64,000 nucleotides of DNA from Terriglobia bacterium (GTDB lineage: Bacteria; Acidobacteriota; Polarisedimenticolia; Polarisedimenticolales; JAIQFR01), in the NCBI GenBank assembly GCA_963748015.1, contig CAVVHE010000004.1, forward strand, positions 1,280,001-1,344,000, written 5' to 3'. Positions 43,987-53,594 of the stretch are shown here, piece by piece (position 1 is the first letter of the stretch; each line of letters begins with the position of its first letter). A model generated the notes under the pieces. That model had not been told where the DNA came from and did no database searches. It saw only the letters and a program-made list of their open reading frames with translations. Both the position numbers and the translations under genes were made by a program.

Positions 43987-45174
43987 TCAGGACAGGGCGT
44001 AGGCGCGAGCCAACTCTTGCCAGGCCGGGAGGGAGTTCTCGATGGTCTTGTCGGGAACCGTCAGCGAGATCCGGAAGTTGCCGGCCCGTCCGAACCCGAC
44101 ACCCGGAACGACGAGGACATTCCTCTCGACGCAGGCCTTCACGAACTCGCGATCGTCGGGTACGGGGCTCTTGGGGAACATGTAGAACGCTCCCCTCGGC
44201 TTGACGATTTCGAACCCCATGCCGGTCAGCGCTCCGTGGAGCACGTTGCGCCTCCGCTCGTACACCCTGAAATCGATGCTGTCCTTGAGCGAGTCCTTCA
44301 CGGCGAGCTGCATGAGCGCCGGAGCGTTGACGAATCCCAGGACGCGAATCGCGAAGATCATCCCCGCGACGAGCTTCGCCGCCGAGTCCGCCCCCGGGTG
44401 AACCGCGATGTGGCCGATCCTCTCCCCGGCCAGGCCGAGATCCTTGCTGTGCGAGTAGACGACGATCGAGTGCTCGTAGATCGGGAAGACGTGCGGGTAC
44501 ACCGCCCCGTCGAAGAGGATCTTCTTGTAGGGATCGTCGCTGATCAGGTAGATCGGCCGGCCGAAGCGCTCCGACTTCGCGCGCAGGAGCTCGGCGAGAC
44601 GCCGCATCGACGCCTCGTCGTAAACGACTCCCGTGGGGTTGTTGGGCGAGTTGACGATGACGGCCTTCGTCTTCGGGCCGATCTTCGCGTCGAGCCGCTC
44701 GAGGTCGAACTCGAACCTCTCGTCGGTCTCGACCACCGCCGGCACCCCGCCGTGATTGTCGATGTAGAACAGGTACTCGACGAAGTACGGCGAGAAGACG
44801 ACCACCTCGTCGCCCGGATCGAGGATCGTCTTCAGCACCACGTTGAGACCGCCGCCCGCCCCGACGCAGAGGATGACGTGGTCGGCGGGGACCGCGACGC
44901 CCGACTCCTCCGACACGTAGCGCGCCACCGCCTCGCGGACGTCGGGGAAGCCGGCGTTGGGCATGTAGCGGTGCATGTTCGGGATCGGGTGCTCGACGAG
45001 ATGCCGCAGGCGGCGCTGGAACGCCTCCGGAGGGTCGAGGTCGGGGTTGCCGAGGGTGAAATCGTAGACCTTGTCGGCGCCGAACTCCTTCTTGAGACGG
45101 AGGCCCTCCTCGAACATCCTCCGGATCCAGGAAGACTCCTCGATCTGCCGGGCGATCTTGGACGACAAGGGCAT
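43987..45174 (-). CDS. PLP-dependent class I/II aminotransferase (aspartate aminotransferase-like)
   Basis: SSWIRRMFEEG, GNPD, NSPNNPTG, SDDPY, SHSKDL.LAGERIG. Confidence 0.93.
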   Translation of the reverse strand: MPLSSKIARQIEESSWIRRMFEEGLRLKKEFGADKVYDFTLGNPDLDPPEAFQRRLRHLVEHPIPNMHRYMPNAGFPDVREAVARYVSEESGVAVPADHVILCVGAGGGLNVVLKTILDPGDEVVVFSPYFVEYLFYIDNHGGVPAVVETDERFEFDLERLDAKIGPKTKAVIVNSPNNPTGVVYDEASMRRLAELLRAKSERFGRPIYLISDDPYKKILFDGAVYPHVFPIYEHSIVVYSHSKDLGLAGERIGHIAVHPGADSAAKLVAGMIFAIRVLGFVNAPALMQLAVKDSLKDSIDFRVYERRRNVLHGALTGMGFEIVKPRGAFYMFPKSPVPDDREFVKACVERNVLVVPGVGFGRAGNFRISLTVPDKTIENSLPAWQELARAYALS

Positions 45175-45355
45175 GGGCGGTCCTCCGGGGCGTGCCTGGT
45201 GGAGCAATATACCACGCTCGTTCGGGGTCCGAGGCCGCCCTCCCCCGGCGAAATGGAGAGGTTTTCGGCCACTATGATATATTCCCCGCTTCCCCGAAAG
45301 CCGGGCGGGCGAAGGGGTGCGAACGGTCCGCCCGAGGTGCAAGAGGAGCGCATCC

Positions 45356-47455
45356 ATGAGGGTTTTCGACACCGCGGACCTTCGCAACATCGCGTTGATC
45401 GGCCACGGCGACTCGGGCAAGACCTCGCTCGCCTCGGCGATGCTCTTCGTGGCCGGGGCCGTCAACCGGTTCGGGCGGATCGAGGACGGGACGACCGTCA
45501 CCGACTTCGACGAGGAGGAGATCGAGAGGAAGATCTCCCTCCAGACCTCCCTGGCGCACCTCGAGTGGCGCGACAAGAAGGTCAACCTCCTGGACACCCC
45601 CGGCTACGCCGCGTTCGTCGCGGACGCCAAGTCCGCCCTGTCGGTGGCCGACGCCGCATTCCTCCTCGTCGAGGGGGTCGCCGGCGTCCAGGTGATCACG
45701 GAGCGCACCTTCAAGTTCGCGGCGGAGGCCGGGCTGCCGGTCGTGATGGTGGTCAACAAGCTCGACCGCGAGCGCGCGTCGTTCGAGCGGACCCTCGAGT
45801 CCATCCAAACCCGGTTCGGCAGAGCCGCCGTCCCCATCCAGATCCCGATCGGAGAGGAGCACGGATTCGAGGGAATCGTGGACCTCCTGGCGATGAAGGC
45901 CTGGACGTTCCCGAAGGACGATTCGGGGAAGGGAGCTCCGGGCGACATCCCGGCCGCGCTGGCGGAGCGCGCGAAGGAGCTTCGGGCGAAGCTGGTGGAG
46001 ATGGTGGCGGAGAGCGACGACAAGCTCATGGAGACGTTCTTCGAGACCGGCGATCTCGGCCACGACCAGCTTCGCGCCGGGCTCCGCAAGGCCATCCTCG
46101 AGCGGAAGATCTTCCCGGTGGTCGGCGCGAGCGCGACCCACGCCATCGGCGTGTCGTGCATGCTCGACCTCGCCGTGGACGTCCTGCCCGCGCCGGGAGC
46201 GCGGGGGGACGCCGTCGGCGCGAAGCCCGCTGACGGCTCCGAGGAGCGGCGGCCCGTTTCGGTCGCGCAGCCCGTGTCCGCCTTCGTCTTCAAGACGATC
46301 GCCGACCCCTACGCCGGCCGCCTCTCCCTCTTCCGCGTCTGCACGGGCGTCCTCAAGGGGGACACGCCGGTCGTCAACGTGAAGTCCGGCGTCGCCGAGC
46401 GCCTCGGCGGCGTCTCGATCCTGCAGGGAAAGCACCTGGTGCCGGTTCCCGAGCTGCGGGCCGGAGACCTCGGCGTCGTCGCGAAGCTCAAGGAGACCCG
46501 GACGGGCGACACGCTCGCCGACCCGGCGCACCCGATCCAGTACCCCGCGGTCTCGTTTCCCGCCCCGGCGATCTCGTTCGCTCTCGAGCCGAAGTCGAAG
46601 GGAGACGAGGAAAAGATCTCCACCACGCTCGCCCGTCTCATGGAAGAGGACCCCGTCCTGAGGGTGGGTCGAGACCCGCGCACCCACGAGATGCTGGTGT
46701 CCGGCAGCGGCCAGGTTCACGTCGAGGTCGCGATCGCGAAGATGAAGAAGAAGTTCGGCGTGGAGGCCCTCCTCAAGCAGCCGAAGGTGCCGTACCTCGA
46801 GACGATCAAGAGGAAGGTCGGGCCGGTGCAGGGACGCCACAAGAAGCAGACCGGCGGCCGCGGCCAGTTCGGCGACTGCTGGATCGAGCTGGAGCCCCTC
46901 CCGCGCGGCAGCGGCTTCGAGTTCGCGGACAAGATCTTCGGCGGGTCGATCCCGCAGAACTTCCGGCCGGCCGTCGAGAAGGGGATCGTGGAAGCCTGCG
47001 CCAGGGGGTGGCTGGCGGGCAACCCGGTGGTGGACTTCCGGGTGACCCTGACCGACGGGTCGTACCACACGGTGGACTCGTCGGAGATGGCGTTCAAGAT
47101 CGCGGGCTCCCTCGCCTTCAAGGCGGCGATGGAGGAGGCCAGGCCGACGATCCTCGAGCCGATCTACGCGGTGGAGATCACGGCCCCCGAGGAGTACATG
47201 GGCGACATCATGGGCGACCTGTCCTCCCGGAGAGGGAAGCCGCAGGGGATGGACTCGGAGGGTCACTACCAGGTGATTCGCGCCAGCGTGCCGCTCTCCG
47301 AGATGCTGACCTACGCCTCGACGCTCAAGTCGATCACCTCGGACCGCGGAACCTACACGATGGAGTTCGACCACTACGAGGAGGCCCCGGCGCACATCCA
47401 GGAGAAGATCATCGCCGACGCGGCGAAGGCGAAGCAGGAAGAAGCGGAGAAGTGA
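45356..47455 (+). CDS. fusA: Elongation factor G paralog (EF-G II type)
   Basis: GHGDSGKT, DTPGY, NKLD, KKQTGGRGQFG, HTVDSSE, GDLSSRRG; not in rpsL-rpsG-tuf context. Confidence 0.9.
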   Translation: MRVFDTADLRNIALIGHGDSGKTSLASAMLFVAGAVNRFGRIEDGTTVTDFDEEEIERKISLQTSLAHLEWRDKKVNLLDTPGYAAFVADAKSALSVADAAFLLVEGVAGVQVITERTFKFAAEAGLPVVMVVNKLDRERASFERTLESIQTRFGRAAVPIQIPIGEEHGFEGIVDLLAMKAWTFPKDDSGKGAPGDIPAALAERAKELRAKLVEMVAESDDKLMETFFETGDLGHDQLRAGLRKAILERKIFPVVGASATHAIGVSCMLDLAVDVLPAPGARGDAVGAKPADGSEERRPVSVAQPVSAFVFKTIADPYAGRLSLFRVCTGVLKGDTPVVNVKSGVAERLGGVSILQGKHLVPVPELRAGDLGVVAKLKETRTGDTLADPAHPIQYPAVSFPAPAISFALEPKSKGDEEKISTTLARLMEEDPVLRVGRDPRTHEMLVSGSGQVHVEVAIAKMKKKFGVEALLKQPKVPYLETIKRKVGPVQGRHKKQTGGRGQFGDCWIELEPLPRGSGFEFADKIFGGSIPQNFRPAVEKGIVEACARGWLAGNPVVDFRVTLTDGSYHTVDSSEMAFKIAGSLAFKAAMEEARPTILEPIYAVEITAPEEYMGDIMGDLSSRRGKPQGMDSEGHYQVIRASVPLSEMLTYASTLKSITSDRGTYTMEFDHYEEAPAHIQEKIIADAAKAKQEEAEK

Positions 47456-47462
47456 GCCGCAC

Positions 47463-48791
47463 GTGGCGCGCGACTTCGTCTACATAGAGGAGCTCGAGGC
47501 CCACGCCGGCGCGCGGGTCAGCCTGAACGGCTGGCTCTACCAGAAGCGGTCGTCCGGCAAGCTGAAGTTCCTGGTCCTGAGGGACGGAACGGGCTACCTC
47601 CAGTGCGTCGCCTTCGCGCGGGACGTCGAGCCAGCGCTGTTCGACCGCTGCGACCGCGTTCCCCTCGAATCCTCCATCCGCGTGACCGGCACGGTCCGCC
47701 GGGACGAGCGCGCCCCCGGGGGGTTCGAGCTGGGACTCGAGGACCTGGTGGTCCTGCACGAGGCCGCCGACTACCCGATCCAGCCCAAGGAGCACGGCGT
47801 CGACTTCCTCTTCGACAACCGGCATCTCTATCTCCGCTCGCGGACGCCTCTCGCGGTCCTCAAGGTGCGGCACGAGGTGATCCAGGCCTGCCGGGACTTC
47901 TTCTACGAGCGGGGGTTCGTCCTGATCGACTCCCCCGTCCTGACGCCGGCGGCCTGCGAGGGGACCACGACCCTGTTCGAGACCGACTACTTCGGGCGAT
48001 CCGCGTACCTGACGCAGTCGGGACAGCTCTACGTCGAGCCGGCCTGCATGGCGTTCGGGCGGGTCTACTGCTTCGGCCCGACCTTCCGCGCCGAGAAGTC
48101 CAAGACGCGCCGCCACCTGACCGAGTTCTGGATGATCGAGCCGGAGGTGGCGTTCCTGGAGCTTCCCGGCCTGCTCGAGCTGGCCGAGGAGTTCGTCTCG
48201 TACGTGGTCGGGCGCGCGATCGAGCGCTGCCCCGAGGAGCTGAAGTTCCTCGAGCGCGACGTGTCGAAGCTCGAGAAGACCGCGCCGCCGTTCCCCAGGA
48301 TCACCTACGACGAGGCTTCCGCGATCCTCACGCGCCCCGAGGCGCAGGCCAGGATGAAGGAGGCGGGCGCCCCGGCGTTCGCCCACGGGAACGACCTCGG
48401 CGCGCTCGACGAGACGATTCTCACCGAGTCGTTCGACCGCCCGGTGATGGTCACCCACTGGCCCGCCGCGATCAAGGCGTTCTACATGCAGCCCGACCCG
48501 GCCGATCCCGCGCGCGCGCTGTGCGTGGACGTCCTGGCTCCCGAGGGCTACGGCGAGATCATCGGCGGCTCCCAGCGCATCCACGACCACGACCTGCTCC
48601 TCTCGCGGATCCGGGAGCACGGCCTCCCCGTCGAGGCGTTCCAGTGGTACCTCGACATCCGGAAGTACGGGACGGTGCCGCACTCCGGCTTCGGGATGGG
48701 GATCGAGCGCTGCGTCGGCTGGATCTGCGGTATTCCCCACCTCCGGGAAGCGATCCCGTACCCCCGCCAGATCCACCGGCTCTACCCGTGA
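47463..48791 (+). CDS. asnS: Asparagine--tRNA ligase
   Basis: OB fold LRDGTG..QCV, CEGTT.LF, LTQSGQLY, FRAEKS.TRRHL.EFWMIEPE, PHSGFGMGIER. Confidence 0.95.
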   Translation: MARDFVYIEELEAHAGARVSLNGWLYQKRSSGKLKFLVLRDGTGYLQCVAFARDVEPALFDRCDRVPLESSIRVTGTVRRDERAPGGFELGLEDLVVLHEAADYPIQPKEHGVDFLFDNRHLYLRSRTPLAVLKVRHEVIQACRDFFYERGFVLIDSPVLTPAACEGTTTLFETDYFGRSAYLTQSGQLYVEPACMAFGRVYCFGPTFRAEKSKTRRHLTEFWMIEPEVAFLELPGLLELAEEFVSYVVGRAIERCPEELKFLERDVSKLEKTAPPFPRITYDEASAILTRPEAQARMKEAGAPAFAHGNDLGALDETILTESFDRPVMVTHWPAAIKAFYMQPDPADPARALCVDVLAPEGYGEIIGGSQRIHDHDLLLSRIREHGLPVEAFQWYLDIRKYGTVPHSGFGMGIERCVGWICGIPHLREAIPYPRQIHRLYP

Positions 48792-50155
48792 GTCCCCCGC
48801 CGGCCGGCGAGGGCCGGGTCCGCGTCGGGTTCGTCAGCCTCGGGTGCGCCAAGAACCTCGTGGACACCGAGGTGATGCTCGGCCACCTCGACCGCGCCGG
48901 GGCCGCGTTCGTGCAGGACCCCGCCGAGGCCGACGTCCTGGTCGTCAACACCTGCGGGTTCATCGAGGCCGCGCGCGAGGAGTCGATCCAGGCCATCCTC
49001 GAGGCCGCCGAGCAGAAGACCGCGGGGCGGCTGAAGCGGCTCGTCGTCGCGGGCTGCCTGGTGCAGCGATTCCCGGGCGAGATGAGAGCGAATCTCCCCG
49101 AGGTGGACGAGTGGATCGGGCTCGACGAGCTCCCGCGGGTGGTCGAGGCGGTGGCCCTCGAGCGCCGGGGCTCGCCGGCCCTCCCGGTCGTCGCCGCCCC
49201 GTCCACGTACCTCTACGACCACGGCACGCCGCGTCGTCTCGCCACGGCGCCGTGGACCGCGTTCGTGAAGATCGCCGAGGGGTGCGATCACACCTGCTCC
49301 TTCTGCGCGATCCCCTCCTTCCGCGGAGCGTTCCGCTCCCGGCCCGTCGAGGACGTCGTGATCGAAGCGGCGGCGCTCGCGAGGTCGGGCGTCCGCGAGA
49401 TCAACCTGATCTCCCAGGACACGAGCGACTACGGCCGCGATCTCGGGGTCCGAGACGCCCTCGTCCGGCTGCTCGAATCGCTCGACGCGGTACCGGATCT
49501 TCGCTGGATCCGGGTTCACTACCTCTACCCGAACAGCGTGACCCCCGGGCTGGTGGAGGCGATGGCCCGCCTTCCGAAGGTCCTGGAGTACGTGGACATC
49601 CCGCTCCAGCACGGGCATCCCGAGGTGCTCCGCAGGATGCGCCGGGGCGGGAACGCGGAGGGGCACCTCTCGCTCCTGTCCCGGTTCCGCGAGGCGATGC
49701 CCGAGGTCGCGATCCGGACCACCTTCATCGTCGGCTTTCCCGGGGAGACCGAGGAGGAGTTCCGCTCCCTGCTCGACTTCGCGGGCGAGGCGAGCTTCGA
49801 TCACCTGGGGGTCTTCGCCTACTCGCACGAGGAGGGAACGAGGGCGTTCGCGCTCGAGGACGACGTCCCCGCGGAGGTGAAGGAGGAGCGCCGAGAGCGC
49901 CTCATGGAGCTGCAGCAGGGCATCGCGTTCCGCCGGAACGAGCGGCTCGTCGGCCGGACCTTCGAGGTTCTCATGGAGGGTGCGCACCCGGAGACCGAGC
50001 ACCTCCTCGTCGGCCGCACGCGCGGGCAGGCTATCGAGGTGGACGGGCAGGTGCTGGTGAACGACGGCGTCGCGCCCGCCGGGTCGTTCGCGAGCGTCGA
50101 GATCACCGACACCGCCGGATACGACCTCGTCGGGAGGATCGTCGGTGGCGCCTGA
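48788..50155 (+). CDS. rimO: Ribosomal protein S12 methylthiotransferase
   Basis: SLGCAKNLVD, NTCGFI, KIAEGCDHTCSFC, YLYP, PLQH, EVDG TRAM domain. Confidence 0.96.
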   Translation: MSPPPAGEGRVRVGFVSLGCAKNLVDTEVMLGHLDRAGAAFVQDPAEADVLVVNTCGFIEAAREESIQAILEAAEQKTAGRLKRLVVAGCLVQRFPGEMRANLPEVDEWIGLDELPRVVEAVALERRGSPALPVVAAPSTYLYDHGTPRRLATAPWTAFVKIAEGCDHTCSFCAIPSFRGAFRSRPVEDVVIEAAALARSGVREINLISQDTSDYGRDLGVRDALVRLLESLDAVPDLRWIRVHYLYPNSVTPGLVEAMARLPKVLEYVDIPLQHGHPEVLRRMRRGGNAEGHLSLLSRFREAMPEVAIRTTFIVGFPGETEEEFRSLLDFAGEASFDHLGVFAYSHEEGTRAFALEDDVPAEVKEERRERLMELQQGIAFRRNERLVGRTFEVLMEGAHPETEHLLVGRTRGQAIEVDGQVLVNDGVAPAGSFASVEITDTAGYDLVGRIVGGA

Positions 50156-50648
50156 GGACGGCGGGAAAGCGGCGAGACCGGGCCGGCTGGCGCTGGCCGT
50201 CGCGACCTGCTTCGGCGTCGGCCGCGCCCCGATCGCCCCCGGCACGGCCGGTTCCGTTCCGGGCGTCGTCCTGGCCTTCGGGCTGGCCTCCGCCGCGGGA
50301 CCGTGGGCCGTCGCCGCGGGTCTCGTTGCGGTTGCGGCCGTGGGAACCTGGGCGGCGGACGTCGCGTCGCGCCGGCTCGGTCATTCCGATCCCCGCCCCG
50401 TCGTCGTGGACGAGGTGGCGGGGCAGATGCTCACGCTCCTGTTCCTCCCCCCGACCTGGCAGGTGCTGGTCCTGGGCTTCCTCTTGTTCCGCGTCTTCGA
50501 TATCCTCAAGCCGTTCCCGGTGGGCGCGCTGGAGCGTTTGCCTGGGGGGGCGGGAATCATGGCCGACGACCTCGCGGCGGGAATCTACGGCAACCTCCTG
50601 CTGCAGGCGGCGGTCCGATTCGCCCCGCAATTGATGGGAACCGCATGA
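50145..50648 (+). CDS. pgpA: Phosphatidylglycerophosphatase A
   Basis: APGTAGS, DP..VVVDEVAG, FRVFDILKP, MADD. Confidence 0.93.
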   Translation: MAPEDGGKAARPGRLALAVATCFGVGRAPIAPGTAGSVPGVVLAFGLASAAGPWAVAAGLVAVAAVGTWAADVASRRLGHSDPRPVVVDEVAGQMLTLLFLPPTWQVLVLGFLLFRVFDILKPFPVGALERLPGGAGIMADDLAAGIYGNLLLQAAVRFAPQLMGTA

Positions 50649-51586
50649 TCGTCTGGAACGGGATGGACCGGTACCCGAGCGACGCCGCGCCGGTCGTGTC
50701 GACGATCGGCAACTACGACGGCGTGCACCTCGGCCACCGGGCGATCCTGAGGAGCGCCACCGCCGCCGCGAAGCGTCGCGGAATCCAGTCGCTCCTCGTG
50801 ACGTTCGATCCGCACCCGCTCTCCGTGGTCGCGCCGTCGCGCCGCCCACGCCTCCTCGACACGCGCCGGCAGAAGCTCGACACGCTGGCCGAGTGCGGGA
50901 TCGACGGCGTGCTGATCCTGCGTTTCGACCCGACCCTGGCGGCGATGTCCGCCGAGGAGTTCTTCGAGACGTTCCTCAAGGGCCGGGTCACTCCGGCGGA
51001 GATCCACGTCGGCGTGAACTTCCGCTTCGGTCACGATCGCGCCGGGGACGCGGACCTCCTCTGCCGCATCGGCTCCGAGATGGGCTTCGACGTGGTGGGG
51101 ATCCCGCAGGTCGAGGTCGGCGGCGAGATCGTCTCCTCGTCCGCCATCCGCCGCCTCGTCGAGGAAGGAAGCGTCGAGCGCGCCGCTCGGATGCTCGGCC
51201 GTCCGTTCGCGCTCACGGGAGAGGTCGTCTCGGGGGACGGGCGAGGACGCTCGCTGGATTTCCCCACCGCGAATCTCGAGGCGGAGAACGAGATGATCCC
51301 GCGCCGCGGCGTCTACATCACCGAGACCTCGGTGCTCTCCCTGAGGAACCCCTCGATCACCAACATCGGCGTCCGCCCGACCTTCGGCGGAGAAACGCAG
51401 GTGATCGAGACCCACCTCGTCGATTTCGACGAGGAGATTCTCGGCGAGCGGATCGACGTCCGGTTCCTCGCCCGTCTCCGCGACGAAACGCGGTTCGCGA
51501 GCCCCGACGAGCTGGCCGACCAGATCGCGCGCGACCGCGCGGCCGCCGTCTCGTACTTCCAGAGCGGCGAAGTCATCAGGCCATGA
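50645..51586 (+). CDS. ribF: Bifunctional riboflavin kinase/FAD synthetase
   Basis: GNYDGVHLGH, TFDPHP, SSSAIR, FPTAN, NIGVRPTF, ETHL. Confidence 0.96.
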   Translation: MIVWNGMDRYPSDAAPVVSTIGNYDGVHLGHRAILRSATAAAKRRGIQSLLVTFDPHPLSVVAPSRRPRLLDTRRQKLDTLAECGIDGVLILRFDPTLAAMSAEEFFETFLKGRVTPAEIHVGVNFRFGHDRAGDADLLCRIGSEMGFDVVGIPQVEVGGEIVSSSAIRRLVEEGSVERAARMLGRPFALTGEVVSGDGRGRSLDFPTANLEAENEMIPRRGVYITETSVLSLRNPSITNIGVRPTFGGETQVIETHLVDFDEEILGERIDVRFLARLRDETRFASPDELADQIARDRAAAVSYFQSGEVIRP

Positions 51587-52281
51587 GCCCCGCTGCCGGC
51601 CTTCCCGGCGCGGCGGATCCCGCGGGAGTGTTCGTCTCGTTCGAGGGCGTCGAGGGCTCGGGGAAGAGCTCGCAGATCGCGAGGATCGCGAGGCGCCTCG
51701 CGTCCTCCGGCCGCGAGGTGGTGGCGACGCGCGAGCCCGGCGGAACCGCTCTGGGCCAGCGCCTTCGCGCGGTGCTCCTCGCGGCGGGCGGAGCGCCGAT
51801 CGGGCCCCGCGTCGAGCTCCTGCTCTACGCCGCCGACCGCGCCCAGCACGTGACCGAGGTGATCGCGCCCGCGCTGCGCCGCGGCGCCGTCGTCCTCTGC
51901 GACCGCTACCTCGACGCGACGATCGCCTACCAGGGATACGGGCGCGGGCTCGGCGCCGAGGCCGTTCTCTCGCTCCACCGCGAGACGCCCCTCGATCTCA
52001 GGCCGAGCAGGACCGTGCTCCTCGACCTCGATCCGGCCGCGGGCCTCGCCCGCGCGAGAGCGCGCAACGAGGCCCAGGGAACGGCCGCCGCCGAGGGGAG
52101 ATTCGAGGCCGAGGACCTCGCGTTCCACCGCTCGGTCCGCGACGGCTACCTAGCGCTCGCCGCGGCGGAGCCGGACCGGATCCGGGTCGTGAGCGCCGAG
52201 GGGCCGGAGGAGATCGTCGAGGCGCGGGTCCGGGAGGCGCTCCGCGACCTGCTGCCCTCGCTCGGGGAGCCCGGGCCGTGA
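51583..52281 (+). CDS. tmk: Thymidylate kinase
   Basis: FEGVEGSGKS, REPGG, DRY..AYQG. Confidence 0.95.
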   Translation: MSPAAGLPGAADPAGVFVSFEGVEGSGKSSQIARIARRLASSGREVVATREPGGTALGQRLRAVLLAAGGAPIGPRVELLLYAADRAQHVTEVIAPALRRGAVVLCDRYLDATIAYQGYGRGLGAEAVLSLHRETPLDLRPSRTVLLDLDPAAGLARARARNEAQGTAAAEGRFEAEDLAFHRSVRDGYLALAAAEPDRIRVVSAEGPEEIVEARVREALRDLLPSLGEPGP

Positions 52282-53351
52282 CGTTCCGCGACATCCTGGG
52301 GCAGCGCCCCGCGATCGACCTCCTCGAGCGCATCATCGTCTCGGGACGCCTCCCCCACGCGCTCCTGTTCCAGGGGCCGTCGGGAATCGGCAAGGCCGCG
52401 ACCGCGCGCGCCCTCGCCGCGACGGTCCAGTGCGCCGAGGAAGGACCCGACGCGTGCGGGAAGTGCCTCCCCTGCCTCAAGGCGGCTCAGGGCAACCACC
52501 CCGACTTCCTCTGGATCACCCGGCTGCCGAAAAAGGAGTCCGCGCGCGAGGAAGAGCCCGACGACGACGGCGACGATGACGCGGGGAGCGCGACCGGCGA
52601 TCTCAAGCGCGACATCACGATCGAGCAGATTCGCGACCTGGCGGAGCACGCGTCCTTCGGCCCCCGCGAGGGAAAGCGCCGCGTGTTCGTGATCGATCCG
52701 GCCGACCGGATGAACCTGAGCGCGCAGAACGCACTCCTCAAGACCCTGGAGGAGCCGCCCGGCCGCTCGGTGCTGGTCCTCGTGACGGCCCGCCCCCACG
52801 TGCTCCTGCCGACCGTCCGCTCGCGCTGCTTCGTCGTGCGCTTCGCCACGATGGCCACGTCCGATCTCGCCGCGGCGCTCGAAGCGCGCGGCATGCCCCG
52901 CGCGGAGGCCCTCGCGCGCGCCGCCCTCTCCGACGGGCGCCCCCGACTCGCCGAGTCGCTCGATCTCGACGCCCGCCGCGCGCGCCGCGAGGAGATCCTC
53001 TCCGCCCTCGAGACGGCGGCTGCCGGAGGGAAGGGGCTCGTGCGGCTTCCCGCCCTCGCGGCCAAGCTCGCCGGCCGCGACGAGGAGTCGCTCGTCGAGG
53101 GACTCGATCTCGCCACCGCGCTGCTCCGCGACGCGCAGCGGGCCTCGCTCGGCCTGCCCGCCGGCTCGCTCGTCCACGCCGACCTCTACGACCGGCTCGC
53201 GGCCCTCGGTCGCGGAATCGAGCCGCGGCGCGCCTCCGACGTGATCCGTTTCGCCGATCGCGCCCGCGACGACCTGCGCTTCAGCCTCAACAAGACCCTG
53301 ATCGCCGAGTCCCTGCTCGCCGCGATCGCCGGCGCACCGATCCCGTACTGA
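52278..53351 (+). CDS. holB: DNA polymerase III delta' subunit
   Basis: HALLFQGPSGIGK, CGKCLPC, HPD, NALLKTLEEPP, LPTVRSRC; follows tmk. Confidence 0.93.
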   Translation: MTFRDILGQRPAIDLLERIIVSGRLPHALLFQGPSGIGKAATARALAATVQCAEEGPDACGKCLPCLKAAQGNHPDFLWITRLPKKESAREEEPDDDGDDDAGSATGDLKRDITIEQIRDLAEHASFGPREGKRRVFVIDPADRMNLSAQNALLKTLEEPPGRSVLVLVTARPHVLLPTVRSRCFVVRFATMATSDLAAALEARGMPRAEALARAALSDGRPRLAESLDLDARRARREEILSALETAAAGGKGLVRLPALAAKLAGRDEESLVEGLDLATALLRDAQRASLGLPAGSLVHADLYDRLAALGRGIEPRRASDVIRFADRARDDLRFSLNKTLIAESLLAAIAGAPIPY

Positions 53352-53365
53352 CGCCGGGCGGTCCG

Positions 53366-53545
53366 CCCACCGCGGGGCCGGAGGCAGGAAGCGTTCCTCG
53401 CCGGCCCGGAAAAGGCCGGCTGCGGACGTTCTCGCCTTGGGATGAAGCAGCCGCCTCCCGCGCCCCACCGCGGGGCCCGAGGCCGGAAGCGTTCCTCGCC
53501 GGCCCGGAAAAGGGCCGGCTGCGGACGCTCCCGGCCTCGGGCCCC
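53366..53545. repeat. Two tandem ~72-nt palindromic repeats (REP/MITE-like), period 98 nt
   Basis: cccaccgcggggcc.gaggc.ggaagcgttcctcgccggcccggaaaag(g)gccggctgcggacg.. at 53366 and 53464; copy 2 has 15-bp perfect terminal inverted arms. Confidence 0.85.
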
Positions 53546-53594
53546 TCTCGCTTGTAGCCGAGCGAGGGCGAGCGGTTGACCTGCCCGAGACGGA

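Noticed and set aside
53366..53545. CRISPR array
   Set aside because: Only two long (~72 nt) units with a short linker and no cas genes.
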